Source: an uncultured bacterium
GTDB lineage: Bacteria; Krumholzibacteriota; Krumholzibacteriia; JACNKJ01
DNA length: 64,000 nt
Reading direction: 5' to 3'
NCBI GenBank assembly: GCA_964410395.1
Contig: CAYPGS010000003.1
Location: forward strand, 7,112 to 71,111
The position numbers were made by a program, and so were the translations under genes. The notes beneath the pieces are model-generated. The model saw only the letters and a program-made list of their open reading frames with translations, was not told where the DNA came from and made no database searches. Positions 47,636-57,318 of the stretch are shown one piece after another. Each line of letters begins with the position of its first letter. Position 1 is the stretch's first letter.

Positions 47636-48316
47636 ATGCAGACAACGATGAGATTGAGCCTGATTCTCCTGGTCGTTCCCGCGCTCGCCTTCGCGCTGAT
47701 GATCGATGACTACGCGGCCGGCGCCTACGAGTTGGGACGGGAAGGCTATACTCCACCCTACACCGTGAGCGACACGCAGTACGATGCCACGGGCGAGCAT
47801 ATCCTCGGCGGGCAGCGGGATGTCACGTTCTACAAGATCTCCGGTAGCGGAACCCAGCCCAACTGCAACTGCATCCCCGACACCGAGTACATGGGCGACC
47901 TCGGATTCGTCACCTACAATTCCGCCTTCGGATGCAACGCCGTCTGGACCACGACTTACGGCCTCGCCGGTGACCTGAACGCCAACCTGACCGGCGGCGA
48001 CGCTTTCGAGATCAGTCTGATCAGCGGCGACATGGACGACAGCGATCCCCAGCGGCCCGTGCCGATGACCCTGCGAGTCTTCAGCAGCGCCGGCGACGGA
48101 AGCACCACACGGGATCTCGTCGCCGAGGGAATCTACACCTTTCCCTTCGCAGATTTCCCGGGCGTGGACTTCGCCGATGTCGACCGCATCGAGGTGGAGA
48201 TCGTCCAGGACAGCGACCTCAATGACGCCGTGGACTTCGCCCTGGGATTCTTCCAGACCAACGAGGCCGTGGCCGTAGAAGAGATGAACTGGGGCGATGT
48301 GAAGAAGGGTTACTAG
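47636..48316 (+). CDS. Small secreted protein of unknown function (~226 aa)
   Basis: The signal peptide is MQTTMRLSLILLVVPALAFA. A GGGAGG RBS sits 6 nt upstream of ATG 47636 (the ORF track starts at 47630). There is no recognisable domain. It is followed by a bidirectional terminator. Confidence 0.55.
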   Translation: MQTTMRLSLILLVVPALAFALMIDDYAAGAYELGREGYTPPYTVSDTQYDATGEHILGGQRDVTFYKISGSGTQPNCNCIPDTEYMGDLGFVTYNSAFGCNAVWTTTYGLAGDLNANLTGGDAFEISLISGDMDDSDPQRPVPMTLRVFSSAGDGSTTRDLVAEGIYTFPFADFPGVDFADVDRIEVEIVQDSDLNDAVDFALGFFQTNEAVAVEEMNWGDVKKGY

Positions 48317-48340
48317 ACTACTGGCCGAAAATACTGGCAG

Positions 48341-48373
48341 GAAACTCCCTCGCGCAGCGGGGGAGTTTTTTTA
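48341..48373. terminator. Bidirectional rho-independent terminator between convergent genes
   Basis: The stem aaactccc...gggagttt is flanked by a T7 run on the plus strand and ttt on the minus strand. Confidence 0.7.
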
Positions 48374-49342
48374 GGGAATGAAGGGGGCAAGGCCCTTTGC
48401 TCTCAAGGTCTCCCCGTCGATGAATGCACTGTCGAGTACGAGGCCGGTAAGCAGGGCCGCCGGTGTCACGTCGAAGGCCGGGTTGAATACCGGAGTGCCC
48501 GGCGCGGACCAGTCGCACAGGACCTCCTCGGCCCTCCGCTCCTCGATGGGAATGTCCGTGCCACTCGCGCAGGTCAGATCCACGGTGCTAGGCGGCGCTA
48601 CGGCGTAGAAGGGTACATTGTGATGCTTCGCCACGACGGCCAGGGAGTAGGTGCCGATCTTGTTGGCGAAGTCGCCGTTGGCCGCGATTCGGTCGGCACC
48701 CACGAAAACCTTGTCGACCTTTCCGGCGGACATGAGCGCGGCCGCCATGCCGTCGCAGATGAGCGTGTGGGGGATGCCCAGACGGGCGAGTTCCCAGGCC
48801 GTGAGTCGCGCTCCCTGCAGGAGAGGGCGGGTCTCGTCGACGAAGACGTGCACGGACTTGCCCTCCTCGTGGGCGCGACGAATCACACCCAGGGCCGTTC
48901 CGATACCCGCGGTGGCGAGTCCACCGCTGTTGCAATGGGTGAGCAGGTGGTCGCCGTCATGGATGAGGGGGCTGCCTTGTGTCGCCATGTCCTCGCAGAG
49001 GGCGACGTCCTCATCGAAGATCGCTTCGGCCTCGGCGACGGGATCCTCCGCCGATAGTACCCGGTCCACCGCCGCCGCCAGATTCACCGCCGTAGGTCGG
49101 GCGACACGCAGGGCTTCCCCCGAACTCCGCCAGTTCGGTGCGCCCCTCGCTTGCACTAGCGCCAGGGCCGCCGCCACTCCGATGAGCGGTGCGCCACGGA
49201 CGCGGAGCGAGGCGATGGCTTCGATCATGTCCTCGACGGTGGCGATGGGTATCCAGGTCTCTTCGTGAGGGAGCCGGGTCTGATCCAGGATCTCGAGTTT
49301 GCCCGAGCGGCGACGAAGGGCGAGGGAAACGAGGTCCTTCAT
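48371..49342 (-). CDS. mtnA: S-methyl-5-thioribose-1-phosphate isomerase (eIF-2B alpha/beta/delta-like family)
   Basis: The product begins MKDLVSLALRRRSGKLEILDQTRLPHEETWIPIATVEDMIEAIASLRVRGAPLIGVAAALALV, with a conserved C-terminal half. It overlaps the mtnB stop. Confidence 0.8.
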   Translation of the reverse strand: MKDLVSLALRRRSGKLEILDQTRLPHEETWIPIATVEDMIEAIASLRVRGAPLIGVAAALALVQARGAPNWRSSGEALRVARPTAVNLAAAVDRVLSAEDPVAEAEAIFDEDVALCEDMATQGSPLIHDGDHLLTHCNSGGLATAGIGTALGVIRRAHEEGKSVHVFVDETRPLLQGARLTAWELARLGIPHTLICDGMAAALMSAGKVDKVFVGADRIAANGDFANKIGTYSLAVVAKHHNVPFYAVAPPSTVDLTCASGTDIPIEERRAEEVLCDWSAPGTPVFNPAFDVTPAALLTGLVLDSAFIDGETLRAKGLAPFIP

Positions 49343-49986
49343 GATTTGCGGGCCTCGAGGATGGCAGCTACCTCTTCGGGAGGAAGCGGTCGGGGACTGC
49401 CGCTCGCGAAGGCCTGGGTGAGGATGAGCGCCACCTGCTCGAGCTGCTCCATCAGGGCCAGCGCCTCCTCGGCGCTTTCGCCCCAGGTGAGGGCGCCATG
49501 TCGGCCCAGGATGATGGCACGGCAGTCGGGCAGGAAGGGCCGGATGGACCGCGCCAGTTCCTCGCTGCCCGGACGAGCATAGGGCGCGATGGGAACGCGT
49601 CCGAAGGCGAGCAGGGCCTCCGGCAGGAGTTCGGCGGGGAGTTTGTCCGCATCCGGATGCGCGAGGCTCCAGGCCACGGCGCTGGGCGGATGGGCATGTA
49701 CCGCGAATACTGCTTCGGGACAGTGCTGGTAGAGCTGTACGTGCAGGGACCGCTCGGAGGATGGGTCGCCGCGCAGCACGGCGCCGTCGGGAGCCAGCAG
49801 GGCGAGATCGTTTTCGCAGATCTCCGACTTGGCGCGTCCAGCGGGAGTGATGAGGATCTGCCCCCCCGGCAGGCGGCAGCTCAGATTGCCTTCAGTGCCC
49901 GCGATGAGTCCGCGATCGTGCACGCGGCGGCCGAGCTCGGCCAGGCTCTCGTGGCGTCCTTTACGGGCGAAGGCGGAATGCGGCAT
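49339..49986 (-). CDS. mtnB: Class II aldolase/adducin-family protein, probable methylthioribulose-1-phosphate dehydratase
   Basis: GTEGNLSCRLPGGQILITPAG is present, with metal-binding His motifs (HVQLYQ, AVHAHPP). It is co-oriented with and overlaps mtnA. Confidence 0.65.
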   Translation of the reverse strand: MPHSAFARKGRHESLAELGRRVHDRGLIAGTEGNLSCRLPGGQILITPAGRAKSEICENDLALLAPDGAVLRGDPSSERSLHVQLYQHCPEAVFAVHAHPPSAVAWSLAHPDADKLPAELLPEALLAFGRVPIAPYARPGSEELARSIRPFLPDCRAIILGRHGALTWGESAEEALALMEQLEQVALILTQAFASGSPRPLPPEEVAAILEARKS

Positions 49987-50054
49987 GGAGTGTCCTCGCA
50001 GTCTGGGCGAAGACTAGCGAACGGCCGCGATTTGGCCCAGGGATTTCGTCTCTG

Positions 50055-50084
50055 GCTGGTAGCTGGCCGCTGGTGGCTGGCAGC

Positions 50085-50085
<1 letters not shown>
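50055..50085 (-). repeat. Degenerate tandem heptanucleotide repeat (GCTGGNN x4) abutting the nadA stop codon
   Basis: The plus-strand sequence is gctggta gctggcc gctggtg gctggca gcTCA; the final GCT overlaps the TGA stop of nadA. It belongs to the same family as the tract at 16863-16913. Confidence 0.7.
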
Positions 50086-51110
<1,025 letters not shown>

Positions 51111-51120
51111 GAGAAAGTAT

Positions 51121-54100
51121 TCACTTGAGCATTAATAGCTTGCGGCTTCGGATCTCGCCCTCGAACTCCAGGCGTGCGAAGTAGAGTCCGCTGGCGAAGC
51201 CCTCTGCATTCCATCGGCACTCGTGGTATCCGGCCCCCAGCACTCCATCGATAATCCGCGCCACGCGGGCTCCACGGACATCGAAAAGATCCAGTCGCAC
51301 CTTCGCGGCCTTCGGTATTCCGAAGCGCAGATTCACCGTGGGATTGAAGGGATTGGGCCAGGGCTCGCTGAGCAGAACCGAGGCGGGAAGGTCGCCGCTC
51401 GCGCCGGTTTCCGTGGAGACCGAATTCGGTGCGCCCGGAGTGCCTAGGTCGACGAGAGAGGATGCCCAGCTGTCGGGCAGGGCATTATCGCTGTCGGCTT
51501 CGATCAACTCGAGTGTGGGACCGAAGCCGTCCGGTTCGATGGGCCAAGGGGGAGAGTCGTCGTACTCGACCCTATCCATGAGCAGGGAGTCCGCGTCGAA
51601 GAGGCGCAGTTCCTCGCCGCTGCCGCTGAAGCCGAAATCGAGATCGCCGAGCACGTTTTCCACCAAGGGAAAGGCTGTTTCGAAGAGTTCCAGATCCTCG
51701 CAGAGCACGAGGTAGTCATTAGTAGTGAGTGAGGTTCCTGGAGGCAGGATGAAGGCATGCTCGTCGTCCTCGTCACTGAAGAACCATCCGGACAGGTCAA
51801 CGTTCTCGGAGCCATGGTTGTGCAGTTCCACCCAATCGCCGGGATCGTTGTCCGCGGGTCCGTTGTAGTTGATCTCGTTGATGACGACCCGGTAGGCGGC
51901 GGATTCCTGGAAATGCGCCGTGAGGCTGCTATCCCCGAGTGCGTCAACGAGCACCGTCGATGCCGCGATTCCCGGATCGGACCAGGCGACGAACTCGTAG
52001 CCGGGTGCGGGAATCGCCGTGAGTTCCACGGGCACGCCCATGAAATAGCGACCGCTCCAGGGCTCGCCGATCTCCACGGCCTCGAGTTTCACGACGCCGC
52101 TGCCGGGAGGGCTCAGGTCCAGATCGAGGATCCATTCGCGGGAGAGGCCGAACTTGAGACGCAGGTGCCCACGGGCGATCGCCGGACGCATCTGCACGAA
52201 TTCTTCCACCACGGCCATGTCGCTCTGCCAGGATTCGTAGCTGAATCCCCAGCGTTCCTGGTGGCGACCGATCTCCGGCTCGATGCGTGCGCGGAGCTCG
52301 GCGGCGAGGAACCCTAGCTCCTCGGCCTTCAATCGAGTGTTGAGGTAGTCGGCGTAGCGATTGATGAATCGGCGCTCGAATTCCTCGTTCTCCAGCAGTT
52401 CTCGGATGAGGAAGGTGGACCAGGGGCTGTTCTGCCCGGAGCCGTTTTCGGCTGTGGCCCAGGAGAGCGTGTCGAAAGCGTAGTCGTTCCAATAGCCGAG
52501 ACCGAAATCGGTGTCGAAAAAGAGCCATCGCCAGCGGCCATCGGGTGTCCGCGGGTGCCAGAACTTCACGTTGCCCGCCGGCCAGTCGGTGTTGCCGAAG
52601 TAGACCTGGAAGATCCAATAGTCGCTGAACTCGACCAGATCCATCTGTGTTCCGATGTACGCGTAGTGCTGTGGATCGGTGAGTCCGTTGGCCTCGATGT
52701 AGTCGAGCATGTTCCGGTAGTGGATCGAGTCGCCCTCCACCACCTCGAACCGGAACTCGAGGATGTCCACTTCATCCGGGTCCACGCCGTGGTTCTCCTC
52801 GAGGTAGTACTTGCCGATTCGCTCGCGTATGTTGTGGATGCCCCAGTACTCGCCGTTCAAGAAGACTAGGGCCGGCTCGTAGGCCATGCGGTCCAGGCCC
52901 GTGCCCGTCGTGGCGCGGTGCATGAGTCCGTCGCGAAGCATGCTCCGGCACCAGTCGTTACCGGAGTTGCGCAACAGGATGCGTTTGTACTTATCGAGGT
53001 CGCGTTCGGGGAAGAGAGGATAATCGATGTGCGATTCGCCGTATCCTTGCCGCGCGAGAAGTCTCAGGGACTTCTGATCGAAGGCTCGGGTCATCCCCCC
53101 ATGTATCTTCACACCCAGGTCCTGGGCGAAGCCGAGTTCGCCGCTGGGCACGAAGTACTCCATGTGAACGGGCCGCTCCCAGTCTTGCCAGAAGTTCGCG
53201 CCGTAGTAGGGGAAGCCGGGATAGTAGTCGTTGCCCAGCACGTAGATGCCGATCTCCTCATCCCAGAGGTTCGGCGGATCGGTGGCCAGGGAGATCACGG
53301 GCAGGGTGCTGCTCTCTCCGAAGAAGTAGGTGTGGGTGACGATAGGGCTGGGCGCCTTGCCCGACTGGAAGGCCCGGGCGCGAAGCACCGTGGTCTCCTC
53401 GATGAAGATGGGGCTCGAGTAGGGCGTCGAGTCTTCGTCGGGATCTGCGGCATCAAGAGTGTAGCGAATCTCCGCGAGGGGAGATTCGGTCTCCAGCTCG
53501 ACAGCGATACTGCCCGAATGGAATCCCCCTTCTTCGGAGAACTCCGGTTCTTCGGTGTAACCTGCCAGGCCGCCCTCGCCGTTGAAGAACCAAGGCGTGG
53601 GCGTCTCGTGGATGAACCAGGGCCCACTTCCATCGGGATAGCGACCGAAAGAATGATCGAGGCTGTGGGCCGGAAGGTTCGCCTGATCGATGAGTTGCTC
53701 GTCGGGCGTGGTCAGGAACACGGATTCATTTCCCGGATTGAGCTGGAAGGTGGCATGCAACTGGGGAACTTGGCTGAAGAGTGTCTCGGACAGCCCCCGC
53801 GCGCTCGGCGGAGTCGTGTGCATACCCAGGGTGAGGAAGGGAATGAGGCTGAGGTCCATGGACTCGGCGTCGATATTGTGAACCTGCACGGCGAGCACGT
53901 TCTCGCCCTCCACCAGGAGCGTGTTGTCGAAGAAGAATCTCGACTCGGGCCGGCCGCCCAGGAAGATGGTGGCCTCCCGGGGGCTTTCGGCAAAAGCGTC
54001 GTGGGGGGGGGGCGGGCCCGGATCACCCATGTGGCCGCGGGAAATTTCCACGCCATTGAGATAGGCCACGTATCCGTCGTCGTAGTCCACGTGGAAGGCC

Positions 54101-54621
54101 ACCGCTCCGACCTTCGCCAGGTCGGCCACCGTGAAGGTCTTGCGGGTGTACCAGGTCTTGATGGACCAATGAACGACGGTGTCGTCGTCGCCGTCCCCGT
54201 AGCCGATGCTCGTGGGGCCTTCCTCCCAATCCGAGTCGTCGAACCCGATCTCGCGCCAGTCGGCCGGCGGCTCGGTGTCCCCGGGTCGGTACTTCACCAG
54301 ATCGTGATGATCCAGAACCGTCTCCCAGTGGGGCAGCCAGAAGCCGCGGTCTTTCCCCGAGGCGAAGACCAGGAGCGCGGAGTCGGCAGGAATGACGCAG
54401 AAGGGCAAGGTCCAGCGGAAAGGGTTCTCCTCCCGATCGGACAGACCGTAACCGGTCAGTTCGATGGCTTCGGGGCCGCCATTGAAGAGTTCGATCCAGT
54501 CGGGGGAGTCGCCGTCCTCGTCGAGGAGGGTCTCCAGGTTGCTGCCCTGTATCTCATTGAGCGACAATGCCTTGACGCCGAAGGCGAAGATAAGAAGACA
54601 GACAAACAGGCGAGAGGGCAC
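51121..54621 (-). CDS. Large secreted CotH-family protein with two lamin-tail domains (LTD) and C-terminal T9SS sorting domain
   Basis: The start is GTG and the signal peptide is [18 protein letters not shown]. The LTD motifs are [10 protein letters not shown]...[22 protein letters not shown] and [38 protein letters not shown]. The CotH-like core is [41 protein letters not shown]. The CTD reads [15 protein letters not shown]...[11 protein letters not shown]...GLYFARL...RKLLMLK. Confidence 0.75.
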   Translation of the reverse strand: MPSRLFVCLLIFAFGVKALSLNEIQGSNLETLLDEDGDSPDWIELFNGGPEAIELTGYGLSDREENPFRWTLPFCVIPADSALLVFASGKDRGFWLPHWETVLDHHDLVKYRPGDTEPPADWREIGFDDSDWEEGPTSIGYGDGDDDTVVHWSIKTWYTRKTFTVADLAKVGAVAFHVDYDDGYVAYLNGVEISRGHMGDPGPPPPHDAFAESPREATIFLGGRPESRFFFDNTLLVEGENVLAVQVHNIDAESMDLSLIPFLTLGMHTTPPSARGLSETLFSQVPQLHATFQLNPGNESVFLTTPDEQLIDQANLPAHSLDHSFGRYPDGSGPWFIHETPTPWFFNGEGGLAGYTEEPEFSEEGGFHSGSIAVELETESPLAEIRYTLDAADPDEDSTPYSSPIFIEETTVLRARAFQSGKAPSPIVTHTYFFGESSTLPVISLATDPPNLWDEEIGIYVLGNDYYPGFPYYGANFWQDWERPVHMEYFVPSGELGFAQDLGVKIHGGMTRAFDQKSLRLLARQGYGESHIDYPLFPERDLDKYKRILLRNSGNDWCRSMLRDGLMHRATTGTGLDRMAYEPALVFLNGEYWGIHNIRERIGKYYLEENHGVDPDEVDILEFRFEVVEGDSIHYRNMLDYIEANGLTDPQHYAYIGTQMDLVEFSDYWIFQVYFGNTDWPAGNVKFWHPRTPDGRWRWLFFDTDFGLGYWNDYAFDTLSWATAENGSGQNSPWSTFLIRELLENEEFERRFINRYADYLNTRLKAEELGFLAAELRARIEPEIGRHQERWGFSYESWQSDMAVVEEFVQMRPAIARGHLRLKFGLSREWILDLDLSPPGSGVVKLEAVEIGEPWSGRYFMGVPVELTAIPAPGYEFVAWSDPGIAASTVLVDALGDSSLTAHFQESAAYRVVINEINYNGPADNDPGDWVELHNHGSENVDLSGWFFSDEDDEHAFILPPGTSLTTNDYLVLCEDLELFETAFPLVENVLGDLDFGFSGSGEELRLFDADSLLMDRVEYDDSPPWPIEPDGFGPTLELIEADSDNALPDSWASSLVDLGTPGAPNSVSTETGASGDLPASVLLSEPWPNPFNPTVNLRFGIPKAAKVRLDLFDVRGARVARIIDGVLGAGYHECRWNAEGFASGLYFARLEFEGEIRSRKLLMLK

Positions 54622-54650
54622 GAGTTCTCCGAATCAACGAGATTCGAAGA

Positions 54651-54656
54651 ATTATA
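54651..54656 (-). promoter_or_regulatory. Extended -10 box TGcTATAAT (minus strand) for the CotH-like gene
   Basis: On the minus strand the sequence reads acGTGCTATAATtctt, about 30 nt upstream of the GTG start at 54621, with a GGAG RBS in between. Confidence 0.45.
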
Positions 54657-54771
54657 GCACGTTCCAGGCTATTTCAGTGGATCATCGATACTGGGCATGA
54701 GAACACCGTCAGCAAACCAGGAGCCTCACTGACCACGATAAACCAGGCACCTTGCATTATTGAGATCTTCC

Positions 54772-54799
54772 TTGACAATAACTACAGTATAACTACAAT
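54772..54799 (+). promoter_or_regulatory. brnT promoter: TTGACA-16-TACAAT with AACTACA direct repeat overlapping the -10; transcript probably leaderless
   Basis: The -35 box is at 54772-54777, the -10 box at 54794-54799, and the ATG at 54806. The repeat is AACTACA-gtat-AACTACA at 54780-54797. Confidence 0.55.
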
Positions 54800-54805
54800 G
54801 TGGTT

Positions 54806-55099
54806 ATGGCATCGATCGTCTTCGAATGGGATGAAGGGAAGAATCGGGAGAACCGTCGGAAACATGGCGTGACTTTCGAAGAGGCTCGAAGCGTGTTCTT
54901 CGACGAAGAAGCCGTCGAGTTCGAGGATGTGGAGCATTCCGATGTCGAAGAGCGCTTCCTGATGCTCGGACGTAGCGCCAGACTCAGAATCGTTCTTGTG
55001 AGTTACTGCTTGCGAAACGAAGGAAGCACCATTCGGATTGTAAGCGCCCGAAAAGCGACGAAGAATGAGCGGGAGTTCTATCCGCGAGGAAAACCATGA
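54806..55099 (+). CDS. brnT: BrnT-family toxin (DUF497, RelE/ParE-fold ribonuclease toxin)
   Basis: MASIVFEWDEGKNRENRRKHGVTFEEARSVFFDE matches the BrnT N-terminal signature (FEWD..K...N..KHGV.F.EA). Its stop overlaps the brnA ATG (ATGA), in toxin-first gene order. Confidence 0.75.
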   Translation: MASIVFEWDEGKNRENRRKHGVTFEEARSVFFDEEAVEFEDVEHSDVEERFLMLGRSARLRIVLVSYCLRNEGSTIRIVSARKATKNEREFYPRGKP

Positions 55100-55311
55100 A
55101 GAAAGAATACGATCTCTCAACAATGAAGAGCCGGAAGAATCCTTATGCAAAATCGCTCAAGAAGCAGATAACGATTCGCATGGGGGTGGATATCCTCGAG
55201 TACTTCAAGGATATGTCTGAAGAAACTGGTATTCCCTATCAGAACCTGATCAATCTCTATCTGCGAGACTGTGTTCAAAATGATCGCAAGCTCAACCTCG
55301 CTTGGAAGTGA
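55096..55311 (+). CDS. brnA: BrnA-family antitoxin (small DNA-binding protein)
   Basis: The 71-aa product KKQITIRMGVDILEYFKDMSEETGIPYQNLINLYLRD resembles the BrnA C-terminal region (T.RLD.DVLEWFK..G.GYQT.IN..LR) and is translationally coupled to brnT. Confidence 0.7.
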   Translation: MKKEYDLSTMKSRKNPYAKSLKKQITIRMGVDILEYFKDMSEETGIPYQNLINLYLRDCVQNDRKLNLAWK

Positions 55312-55371
55312 ATCAATTCTCTTCTTTAATTGGCCCTGTCGGGTATCGACTTTCAAACACAAAGGAGTGGT

Positions 55372-56331
55372 ATGGCTACCCCTCTGAGGTTTGCCGTTGA
55401 CGAACGCCCAGTCGCCATTTGGGTTCATGATCAAGTGGAAGTGAATCGGGAGTTTTTGAACGCTGCGAATCCAGACCAATATACTGAGCTAGCAAGTTCA
55501 CTCTGGGGGGATGCTGAATCGGTAGATGATTTAAGCCTCAACTCTACTCTAGGCCTTCGGATAGTGTATGGACTCGCGCTCGAGTCTTTGATGGCATACT
55601 TAGTAGGCGCAGCTCAAGCACCACACTGCCTTTTTGGTTGGTTAGATCAGTACAGTCTTGCTGAACTCAAGTCTGCGGTAAGGAAACTCTCTACTGGAAC
55701 TCTTAAGTACTCGATGGTGGATTGCCCTCGCTTATGTTGGGAAGAGCTTTCAATTGTCGTTCATTCGAACCTTCAGTTAGAAGACAAAAACTCAGAGGCA
55801 GAAATCAAGAAGGGATTTGGTCAGCTATGGCAAGATCTAGCCCGAGAGTTTTTGGATGAAAGTTCTCGCAATGAGTTCAACACAATCAAGCATGGCTTAA
55901 GAACAAGCCTTGGAGGGTTTTCATTGGCAATTGGGCTTCAACAGAATGCCGGAACACCTTGTCCTCCCGAAGGCATGATGAGCCTTGGAGGCGAGAAGTT
56001 TGGCCTAAGTTTTTTTGAGACAGAGAGAATCGAGAAATCAAAGACCAATCTCTCCTTGAAGTTGACTTCGCGAAACTGGTCTGTTCGCGACATGATGTCG
56101 GCAATTCTCTTGATTTCAACTTCTCTTAAGAATGTGATTGGATGTTTGAAGATTCAGCATGGAATAGACCCAAAATCTATTGATTTCACTTGGCCTACAG
56201 GAGAAGATTGTTTTAGAGCTCCCTGGAGTGAGTCTCCACGCGTTAGATCATCGAGTATGGGGTGCACCCCACTTGGACTTGAGAGTGAAGTCCTAGAGGC
56301 TGACGAAATACTTGACCAGTACAATCAATAG
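55372..56331 (+). CDS. Orphan hypothetical protein (320 aa) in an AT-rich islet, co-oriented downstream of brnTA
   Basis: A strong AAGGAG RBS sits 4 nt before ATG 55372; the ORF track starts at TTG 55330. GC is about 45-50% versus about 67% in the flanks. There is no recognisable motif, signal peptide or TM helix. Confidence 0.6.
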   Translation: MATPLRFAVDERPVAIWVHDQVEVNREFLNAANPDQYTELASSLWGDAESVDDLSLNSTLGLRIVYGLALESLMAYLVGAAQAPHCLFGWLDQYSLAELKSAVRKLSTGTLKYSMVDCPRLCWEELSIVVHSNLQLEDKNSEAEIKKGFGQLWQDLAREFLDESSRNEFNTIKHGLRTSLGGFSLAIGLQQNAGTPCPPEGMMSLGGEKFGLSFFETERIEKSKTNLSLKLTSRNWSVRDMMSAILLISTSLKNVIGCLKIQHGIDPKSIDFTWPTGEDCFRAPWSESPRVRSSSMGCTPLGLESEVLEADEILDQYNQ

Positions 56332-56366
56332 CTTTTGGCACTAACAGCGACTCGGTGTTGAGAGAC

Positions 56367-57008
56367 TTACTCAGAAGGTCTCTCCAACTCAAAAAGCGCC
56401 TCAGGCGCGAGGCGGATATAGTCGTCGCCGCCGAGGCGGCCCACCAGGTCCATGGCGCGGGTGTCGGGCAGGCCGCCCTCGAGGAAACGCTCGTCCAGGT
56501 GGATGGCGAGCACCTCGCCAACGATGTAGTTGCTGGCCAGCGGACCTTCGCCATGGCGCAGGATCTCGAAGAGGCGGCATTCCATGGACGCCGGCGACTC
56601 GGCCACGCGGGGCGGCTTCACGATGGATGACTGTCCACGTGTACAGTCGACCTGGTCGAACTCGTCGATCTCGGGATCGAAGGGGAGGCTGGCCTCGTTG
56701 GCCACCTCGGCCATGGTGCGGCTGACCAGGTTCACCACGTACTCGCCGGTGGCCTCGATGTTCTGAACCGTGTCCTTCACCCGGCCGTCCCGCGTGTTCA
56801 CCGGACAGAAGACCAACGAGGGCGGATTCAGGCCGCCCATGTTGAAGAAGGAGAAGGGGGCGAGGTTGCCCACGCCGTCGGCCGAAAGCGTCGATACGAA
56901 AGCTATGGGCCGCGGCGCCACCAGGTGTGTGAGGATCTGGTAGATCTCTCGCGGGGGCAGTTCCGAAGAACGGAAGATCGTCGTGCTCATACTGGGATTA
57001 TCTACCAT
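56367..57008 (-). CDS. Flavin reductase-like (FMN-binding split-barrel) protein
   Basis: YQILTHLVAPRPIAFVSTLSADGVGNLAPFSFFNMGGLNPPSLVFCP matches the flavin reductase domain consensus. Confidence 0.75.
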   Translation of the reverse strand: MVDNPSMSTTIFRSSELPPREIYQILTHLVAPRPIAFVSTLSADGVGNLAPFSFFNMGGLNPPSLVFCPVNTRDGRVKDTVQNIEATGEYVVNLVSRTMAEVANEASLPFDPEIDEFDQVDCTRGQSSIVKPPRVAESPASMECRLFEILRHGEGPLASNYIVGEVLAIHLDERFLEGGLPDTRAMDLVGRLGGDDYIRLAPEALFELERPSE

Positions 57009-57100
57009 CGGAAGCTTCCGAGGACAAGGCCATTAGCTCGGTGAGGAGCAACTCTGGACCCTGGCGAGGCGACCTCGCTTCCGGAAAACCCTCCCCGGGA

Positions 57101-57298
57101 CTAGTCGGTTCGGCAGGAGGCTTTCTTGAGTATGTCCTCCATCAGGCACCAGCGGGTGAAGGCCGACTGGAGCAGATTGAGGCCCACGAAGGCGGTGAAG
57201 AGCAGCCACCAGGGGCTGACCAGGACCGACAGCAGCAGGCTTATCAGGATGAAGGTTCCGGCGATGGCGCGGATGATCGATTCGATGCTCATGTTCAT
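57101..57298 (-). CDS. DUF2892 (YgaP-like) small inner-membrane protein
   Basis: The 65-aa product has two TM helices (RAIAGTFILISLLLSVLVSPWWLLFTAFVGLNLLQSAFTRWC), typical of DUF2892. Confidence 0.55.
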   Translation of the reverse strand: MNMSIESIIRAIAGTFILISLLLSVLVSPWWLLFTAFVGLNLLQSAFTRWCLMEDILKKASCRTD

Positions 57299-57318
57299 AT
57301 CTCCTTTTGATTCCGGCC

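Noticed and set aside
56360-56407. Hairpins gagagac...gtctctc and gcgcc-tca-ggcgc plus A/T run considered as a terminator after the orphan gene
   Set aside because: The second hairpin and its T-run fall inside the C-terminal coding region of the converging flavin reductase gene (encoding ...EALFELERPSE). The first hairpin lacks a T-run on the plus strand. There is no confident terminator call.
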